12,220 bases of DNA from Myxococcales bacterium (GTDB lineage Bacteria; Myxococcota_A; UBA9042): NCBI GenBank assembly GCA_037441385.1, contig JBBISH010000157.1:1-12220 (forward strand). The letters run 5' to 3'. The notes under the pieces are model-generated. The model did not search any database. It was not told where the DNA came from and saw only the letters and a list, made by a program, of their open reading frames with translations. Made by a program: the position numbers and the translations under genes. The first letter of the stretch is position 1, and every line of letters begins with the position of its first letter. Shown here piece by piece: positions 7,149 through 12,220 of this stretch.

Positions 7149-7202
7149 GAGCAATCCATCCGTCGGCCCGCGTGCAGTGAGGCCTGTTGGCAGCGTACTG
7201 CG

Positions 7203-7219
7203 CTGGCCCGGCAGTTGCA
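7203..7219 (+). promoter_or_regulatory. Sigma54-like -24/-12 motif, antisense to the flanking genes
   Basis: CTGGCCCGGCAGTTGCA versus consensus YTGGCACG-N4-TTGCW: one mismatch and exact GG-N10-GC spacing. It is intergenic. Confidence 0.35.
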
Positions 7220-7310
7220 AACCCCGCAGAGGCGCTTGCTTGCGGCCCAATCGAGGCCAGCGAATCGACCGCACCGCACAGCTGCCAATGAAACCAGCCG
7301 TGAACGTTCG

Positions 7311-8483
7311 TCAAAACGACAGAATCCCCTGCACCAGCACGTTCAACTTGGCCACGTTGGCAAACGACACACCAAAGCTCTGGTCATTCAACGACGCCTG
7401 GTGAGTGGTCACGGGCATGCGCGCACCCACGCCAAGCCGCACCGGACCGATGCTCAGGCGACCGCCCAGCGTGGCATAGATGTCGTTCATGGCCGGGGCG
7501 TTGTAGGCCTCGACCAAGCCGTCCAGCTCGCCCACCAGGTCGACGATCCACACCCGCGCCACCAGCGAGGCCGCCCAATTGAAGTACCCCACACTGGTGT
7601 AGAGCGGCTTGTCGCGCAGGGCCTGCATGTGCGTGTATTCCAAGCGAAGCATCGCCGCGAAGATCGCCGCCTCGGCCGCAAAGATGGCGTAGGGCTGGAT
7701 CGAAGCGTATTCGTGCAAGTACTTGGGCAGAACCAGGACGTTGCTGAGTGCGACGCGGTTGGCTTGGCTGGTTCCCGTGGGCAAATAGGCCGAGACACCG
7801 CCGGTCCAGCCAATCGCCAAGGGCAGGTACTCGCCGCCGGCCCCCAGCAGGCTGCGGCGCGAGCCGGCACGGAAGTCCAGGGTCAGGTTGCCGACTTCGA
7901 AATCGGTGCTGTCCGGGTTGCGGAACGCGGCAAACGGCAAGGACGCGGTCAGGTCGTAGGTGCCAAAATTGTACTCGGCCCAGGGCTCTACCCCCACTAC
8001 GATGGCCTGGTTGTCGCCGCCCGCGCCGGAGGCGACCAGGGCAATCGTCTCGACCTGACCGATGTTGCTGCTGTTGATGTTGTCGATGGCGGCGGTTTGC
8101 TCGGCGGTGGGCGTGACGCCGGCCTTCTTCAAGTCGGTGCGGAGCTGGTTCTGCACGCCGGCCACGTTGCCGGCCTTGGCCAATTTCTCGACCGCAGCTG
8201 CGTCACTTTTTTCCAGGATACCCAGCATGACCTTGGCATCTGGATACGCCCCGGTGCCGCTGGCGATACTCACGGCCTTGTCCAGGGCTTTGCGCGCCAC
8301 ATAGGGCACCGGCGCAGAGTGGACATTGACCCCCACCGCCACTTTGCGGTCCTTGGACGATTGGCGGATCGAGTGCCCCGTAAACAGGTCCGTGTCGTCA
8401 AACGGCCGGCGCGCCCAGGCCGGGCTGGCGGCGCACAAGACCAAGGCAACGGCGACCACACGGGCCAAGGAATGCGGTGGCAT
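7311..8483 (-). CDS. Putative outer-membrane beta-barrel protein (390 aa), resembling the MetA-pathway/phenol-degradation transporter-like barrels, with a helical insertion
   Basis: Start moved to the ATG at 8483 (AGAGGAG SD 5 nt upstream). Signal peptide ends in AWA. It has alternating amphipathic strands, GNLTLDFR and YLPTG motifs, and a C-terminal beta-signal LNVLVQGILSF with terminal Phe. Confidence 0.75.
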   Translation of the reverse strand: MPPHSLARVVAVALVLCAASPAWARRPFDDTDLFTGHSIRQSSKDRKVAVGVNVHSAPVPYVARKALDKAVSIASGTGAYPDAKVMLGILEKSDAAAVEKLAKAGNVAGVQNQLRTDLKKAGVTPTAEQTAAIDNINSSNIGQVETIALVASGAGGDNQAIVVGVEPWAEYNFGTYDLTASLPFAAFRNPDSTDFEVGNLTLDFRAGSRRSLLGAGGEYLPLAIGWTGGVSAYLPTGTSQANRVALSNVLVLPKYLHEYASIQPYAIFAAEAAIFAAMLRLEYTHMQALRDKPLYTSVGYFNWAASLVARVWIVDLVGELDGLVEAYNAPAMNDIYATLGGRLSIGPVRLGVGARMPVTTHQASLNDQSFGVSFANVAKLNVLVQGILSF

Positions 8484-8587
8484 GCGGGCTCCTCTAGGTG
8501 GGGACACCGGCGAGCTTATTCGGTTTGCTGCCGCTGCTCAAGGGCCCGCCAGCGCCAGTTGCGTCATCGGTCTGGCGCCAGCCTGGC

Positions 8588-10015
8588 CTACAGCGGATAG
8601 CCCAGCGTCGCCCCCAAGGCCGTGACCAACACCAAGACCAGGGGCGCCACCACCAGTGCCACCGTCCAGGTCACTCCCATCACGTCGCGCGCCCGCAGGC
8701 CAAGCAAGCCCAGCACCGGCAACATCCAGAACGGTTGCACCAAGTTGGCCACTGCTTCGCCCAGATCGTACACGGCCACCATCCAGCCCAGGTGCACGCG
8801 GTGGCGATGCGCTGCGGCCAAAACGTAGGGGGCCTCGATCACCCACTTGGAGCCGCCCGACGGCACAAACACTCCAAGAATCGCAGAGTAGGCCGCCACC
8901 AGCGGCGGGTAGGTCAGGGGCGTCGCCGCCGCTGTCAACCAGTCCGCCACGCGCTCGCTCAGCTTGCTGTCCGTGATCACGGCCGCGATCCCACCGTACA
9001 GCGGGAACTGCAGGAGCAGGCCCCACGTCGCTGGCGTCGCCCGAGCAAACGCACGCGCCAGCCGCGCCGGAGTGCGGTGCAGCCAGAATCCCAAGGAAAG
9101 CAGAGTCAAATTGACGGTATTCAGGGTGATGGCGGCCGCGACGTGCTCGGCCTGCAGCAACTGCAGGACCACCGCCGCCAGCCCCAACGCGCCGATGACG
9201 CGCCCCAGCCATGCCTGATGCTCCAGCCACTGGCCCGGCACATGCGGGCGGTCGTCGGTCTCGTCGTGCGGGTCGCTCAAGTCAACGCCCAGTTGGCTCG
9301 CCGTGCGCGCCCTGGGTCCGATCGGCGTGATGGCGGCGATCAGCGCGGCCACCACCACGACCTCTACCAAAACGGAAACCAAGGACTGCCACAAGAAAAT
9401 CGTGTGCTGCAGCGAGATGATGCCACCTGGCACCAACTCGGCGCCTTGGGCCCCTTTGCCGGCAGCAATCGCGCGAATGGCCGGCGCCAGCATCCCGGGC
9501 GTGGCCATTTGGAGCGCCGCCGAGCCCGACAACCCCTGGGCCCACACGGTACCCAGGCCAAGCAGCGAGGTGGCCGCCAAAGTTCGATAGTCTATAGCCG
9601 GAAGCCGACGTGCCACTGCGCGCACGAGCACCGCCGAAAACAATAGCCCAAATCCCCAATTGAACCACGACGTAGCCATCGACACTACGGCACACAGCAC
9701 CGTGGCCTGGCGCTCACTGGTGGGCAGCGCGGCCAACCGGTCCACGGCACGTGCCACGGCCGGCGCTGTCGCGACCACCGTACCGCCAATCACGATCATG
9801 GCCATCTGCAGCGAAAACGCGGCCAAGCTCCATACGCCGTCGCCCCAGCTCCTCAGCGCTTTGTCGGGCGCCATTCCTTGTAGGGCGAGTGCCAGCACGG
9901 CCACCAGCAGCGTGCCCAACAAGGCAAAGGGAAGCGCATCTGGCAAGTACCGCTCGGCCAGCGCCGTCATGCGCAAGGCCAAACGCTCCAGGCGCGTTGG
10001 CGCAGGCTCGGTCAT
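8588..10015 (-). CDS. atoE: Short-chain fatty acid transporter, AtoE / TIGR00366 family (475 aa)
   Basis: Start at ATG 10015 with an upstream GGGAG. Polytopic membrane protein with family motifs ERYLPD, WGDGVWSL..FSLQM, NWGFGL, GLSGSAAL, VPSGGSKWVIEAPY and GEAVANLVQPFWMLPVLGLLGLRARDVMG. Confidence 0.93.
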   Translation of the reverse strand: MTEPAPTRLERLALRMTALAERYLPDALPFALLGTLLVAVLALALQGMAPDKALRSWGDGVWSLAAFSLQMAMIVIGGTVVATAPAVARAVDRLAALPTSERQATVLCAVVSMATSWFNWGFGLLFSAVLVRAVARRLPAIDYRTLAATSLLGLGTVWAQGLSGSAALQMATPGMLAPAIRAIAAGKGAQGAELVPGGIISLQHTIFLWQSLVSVLVEVVVVAALIAAITPIGPRARTASQLGVDLSDPHDETDDRPHVPGQWLEHQAWLGRVIGALGLAAVVLQLLQAEHVAAAITLNTVNLTLLSLGFWLHRTPARLARAFARATPATWGLLLQFPLYGGIAAVITDSKLSERVADWLTAAATPLTYPPLVAAYSAILGVFVPSGGSKWVIEAPYVLAAAHRHRVHLGWMVAVYDLGEAVANLVQPFWMLPVLGLLGLRARDVMGVTWTVALVVAPLVLVLVTALGATLGYPL

Positions 10016-10217
10016 GACACTCCCTGGCGGCCCGTGATGGCCCTGGCCGGGATTGTGCGCCAGCGCGAAGCCAGCAGCAAACCCAGGCGCTTGGGCCGAA
10101 TGAACCGCGGCCGAGCGCCCGGCTTGGCCAGGCCCATCGATCCCAGCACGGCAGAACCTGTATCCTACGGCGGCGCGGCCGGAACCGTCGGCGCGGCTTT
10201 GCGGACCAGGGGACCCA

Positions 10218-11456
10218 ATGAATGCAATCGCACTTGTGCATGCTCTGGGAAGCAGCGGCCTGTTTGCCGCGCGGATGTTCGCGCCGGCCCTGGCGACGGC
10301 GGGGCTGTTGCGTTTTGCCCCGCAGATTCCGGGGCTGGCCTCGCTGGGCCTGCTGGCGAACCATGCCGACGCGCCCAACTGGTTCACGAGTGACGCCTGT
10401 TTGGTGACGCTGATGGTCCTGACCATCGCAGAACTGCTGGGCGACAAGATCCCCGAGGTCCGCGAAACAATGGCGACCGCCGCCCACTACCTCAAGCCAG
10501 CTATGGCGGCGGCGACCGCTCTTGGTGTGCTTTCTGCCACCGATCAAGCGTTTGCCGCGGGTCTAGTGGTGCAGGCTGGGTTGGGCGACGCCCTGCCCGC
10601 CTTGGTTGCTGCCGGGGGAACGACGGCCGCCGTCGTCCTGCGTGGCGACGTGTTGGGCCGGTTAGAGGCCGTGGATCCTGGCGACACCTTTCACCTGCGC
10701 CGGCTGGTCAGTTGGGCAGAAGACGGGTGGGCCCTGGTCGGCGCGGTGGTGCTGGTGCTCGTGCCGGCGGTGATGGCGCTGGCACTGGCCCTGGCCACGG
10801 CGATTTTGGCCGGTCTGCGGCGACGGCAACGCCAGCGCGAAGACGCTCAGCGGCGCCCATGCGGCCACTGCCAAGCGCCCATGTTTCCCAAGGCTCTGGA
10901 GTGCGGTGCCTGCCACGCCCCCAACCCAAGCCCATGCGCGGTGGGCGTCCTGGGTCAGGCTCTGGCCACGCCGGCCGGCGACCGCCACGCCACGGACCTG
11001 TTGGCCCTGCTGCGGTGTCCGGCCTGTGCCGCGCGCCTGCAGATGGGCCGCGTGGGGCAAGCTTGTGCAACCTGCGGGACGCAGCCGTTCGCGACCCGTG
11101 ACCAGGGCCAACGGTTCTTGGCGGGCATCGACGCTCGCCTGCCGCACGCCCTGGGGGTGGTGGCGGTGGCCAGCCTGGTGCCGGTTCTTGGTTTCCTGGT
11201 CGGGGCGGTGTATGGCGAACTGCGCCTGATTGGCCCATTGCGCGTGCATCTGCCGCTTGCGCAGCGCTGGCTGCTGAAATGGCCGTTGCGCTTGCTGCGT
11301 TGGGCGGTACTGGTCGTGCAGGTTGTGCCGCTCCTCAGCGGCGTCATGGCCGCTGTGGAACTGGTCGTCCGGTATCGCGTCTACCGCGCAGTATTGGCGC
11401 GCAGGCTGTCCCAGGAATGCCCAGCAAACCCGCTACATCCCATCGCCCCGGTCTGA
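10218..11456 (+). CDS. DUF4126-family membrane protein with a C-terminal extension carrying two zinc ribbons and further TM helices (412 aa)
   Basis: Motifs PNWFTS, AELLGDKIP, LKP and VSWAED in a hydrophobic N-domain. CGHC-x10-CGAC and CPAC-x12-CATC lie at 10860-11075, followed by two hydrophobic segments. Confidence 0.82.
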   Translation: MNAIALVHALGSSGLFAARMFAPALATAGLLRFAPQIPGLASLGLLANHADAPNWFTSDACLVTLMVLTIAELLGDKIPEVRETMATAAHYLKPAMAAATALGVLSATDQAFAAGLVVQAGLGDALPALVAAGGTTAAVVLRGDVLGRLEAVDPGDTFHLRRLVSWAEDGWALVGAVVLVLVPAVMALALALATAILAGLRRRQRQREDAQRRPCGHCQAPMFPKALECGACHAPNPSPCAVGVLGQALATPAGDRHATDLLALLRCPACAARLQMGRVGQACATCGTQPFATRDQGQRFLAGIDARLPHALGVVAVASLVPVLGFLVGAVYGELRLIGPLRVHLPLAQRWLLKWPLRLLRWAVLVVQVVPLLSGVMAAVELVVRYRVYRAVLARRLSQECPANPLHPIAPV

Positions 11457-11471
11457 ATGCCTTGGCCCTTC

Positions 11472-11521
11472 GCGCAAGTCGCGGTGCGCCAAAGAAACCG
11501 AAGCCGCACCAAGGCTTGCGC
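11472..11521. other. Intergenic long hairpin
   Basis: GCGCAAGTCGCGGTGCG (11472-11488) pairs with CGCACCAAGGCTTGCGC (11505-11521) at 15/17 positions (one G-U, one 2x2 internal loop) around a 16-nt A-rich loop. Confidence 0.5.
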
Positions 11522-11595
11522 AGACCATCTGGGCGAACGAGGGCGCGCCTGCTATGCACGAACACGCCGGCCGTGAGTGCTGGCACGGAGCGCGC

Positions 11596-12024
11596 ATGGT
11601 CCTGGCATCGTTGAACTGGTGGGCGATTCTGGCTGCCACGATTGCCGCGTTTGCGGCCAGCGGTCTGTGGTTTGGCCCCAAGACGCTGTTCCCGCTGTGG
11701 TGGCGTGCCATGGGCCGGAGCATGGACGAGCGGCCGGGCCAGGGCCAGAACATGGGCGTGGTCTTCGGCTCGACCTGGATCTCGGCCGTTGTGCAAGCTA
11801 TCACGATGGCGATCGTGTGCCAGTGGTTGGCGCAGTCGCGGCCCAGCTTTGGTGCCGTGGACGGCGCAGAGGTGGGGCTGCTGCTGGGGGTGGGCCTGGC
11901 GGCCGCCTCGTCGCTGGGTCACCGCTTGTTCGGCGGCTTTGGCTTTGCGGTCTGGGCGCTGGAGGTTGGCAGCGATGTGCTGAACCTGACGATGATGGGC
12001 GCCATTTTGGGCGGTTGGCGCTAA
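11596..12024 (+). CDS. DUF1761-family small membrane protein (142 aa)
   Basis: Start moved to the ATG at 11596 (GGAG at 11587-11590). The N-terminus LNWWAILAATIAAFAASGLWFGP..F..W is characteristic. About 4 TM helices; ends MMGAILGGWR. Confidence 0.88.
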   Translation: MVLASLNWWAILAATIAAFAASGLWFGPKTLFPLWWRAMGRSMDERPGQGQNMGVVFGSTWISAVVQAITMAIVCQWLAQSRPSFGAVDGAEVGLLLGVGLAAASSLGHRLFGGFGFAVWALEVGSDVLNLTMMGAILGGWR

Positions 12025-12215
12025 AGGGCGGATCAATTTAGACTTTCTCCGCGCATCCGGACCTTCGGGATCGGCGCGGCGAGTCGCCGCAGGCGCTCGC
12101 TTGCGCCCCACCTGGGACTGGAGACGCGGCCAGAAGGGGCAACTACTGAACGAACGAGCAGCAATCGGTCGCGTCTCTAGAGAGCGGATCAATTTGGACT
12201 TTCTCCGCGCATCCG
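12021..12215 (+). repeat. 39-bp direct repeat, two copies (12021-12059 and 12177-12215), 156-bp period
   Basis: CTAAAGGGCGGATCAATTTAGACTTTCTCCGCGCATCCG versus CTAGAGAGCGGATCAATTTGGACTTTCTCCGCGCATCCG: 36/39 identical, and all three differences are A/G transitions. Confidence 0.92.
12118..12180. repeat. 14-bp inverted repeat enclosing 35 bp (mini-MITE-like element or RNA stem)
   Basis: CTGGAGACGCGGCC (12118-12131) pairs with GGTCGCGTCTCTAG (12167-12180): 12 Watson-Crick pairs plus 2 G-U. Its terminal CTAG is also the start of direct-repeat copy 2. Confidence 0.7.
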
Positions 12216-12220
12216 AGCCG

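Noticed and set aside
7215..9646. Long + strand ORFs 7215-8600 and 8498-9646 (likewise 6018-7145 + and 3455-4588 -)
   Set aside because: They are antisense to well-supported genes and have the composition typical of high-GC shadow ORFs.
10043..10058. CTGGCCGGGATTGTGC as a sigma54 promoter for the DUF4126 gene
   Set aside because: GG-N10-GC spacing is correct, but it has three mismatches to consensus, too weak in GC-rich DNA.
11581..11596. TGGCACG-N6-GC sigma54-like motif
   Set aside because: It overlaps the SD and abuts the ATG, so the transcript would start inside the CDS. The -12 element is poor (GCGC instead of TTGC).
12021..12215. CRISPR array or integron attC interpretation of the terminal repeat
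   Set aside because: Only two copies, a 117-bp spacer, no cas genes, and no RYYYAAC...GTTRRRY boxes.

Overview
High-GC bacterial DNA. The CGDG-type Cys repeats and the AAA ATPase type suggest a Myxococcota/deltaproteobacterium-like host (inference only). I call nine CDSs. On the + strand (189-4735) is a tight three-gene unit: a 503-aa orphan with disordered ends and motifs resembling the NAD+-using ART/TNT toxin fold, a 315-aa helical protein built from two internal repeats (immunity-like), and an Afp15/Pvc15-like (eCIS-type) AAA+ ATPase with one degenerate and one intact AAA module. No contractile-tail structural genes are in the window. Next come a small Cys-rich protein ending in a somatomedin-B-like domain and three minus-strand genes: a secreted fibre-like protein with a Kelch propeller tip, an outer-membrane beta-barrel, and an AtoE-family short-chain fatty acid transporter. 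A DUF4126 protein with zinc ribbons and a DUF1761 protein follow. The window ends in a 39-bp direct repeat (156-bp period) with a highly structured spacer, resembling YTAR-targeting IS/MITE ends or a structured repeat array cut off by the window edge. All family calls are by-eye motif recognition; no searches were run.
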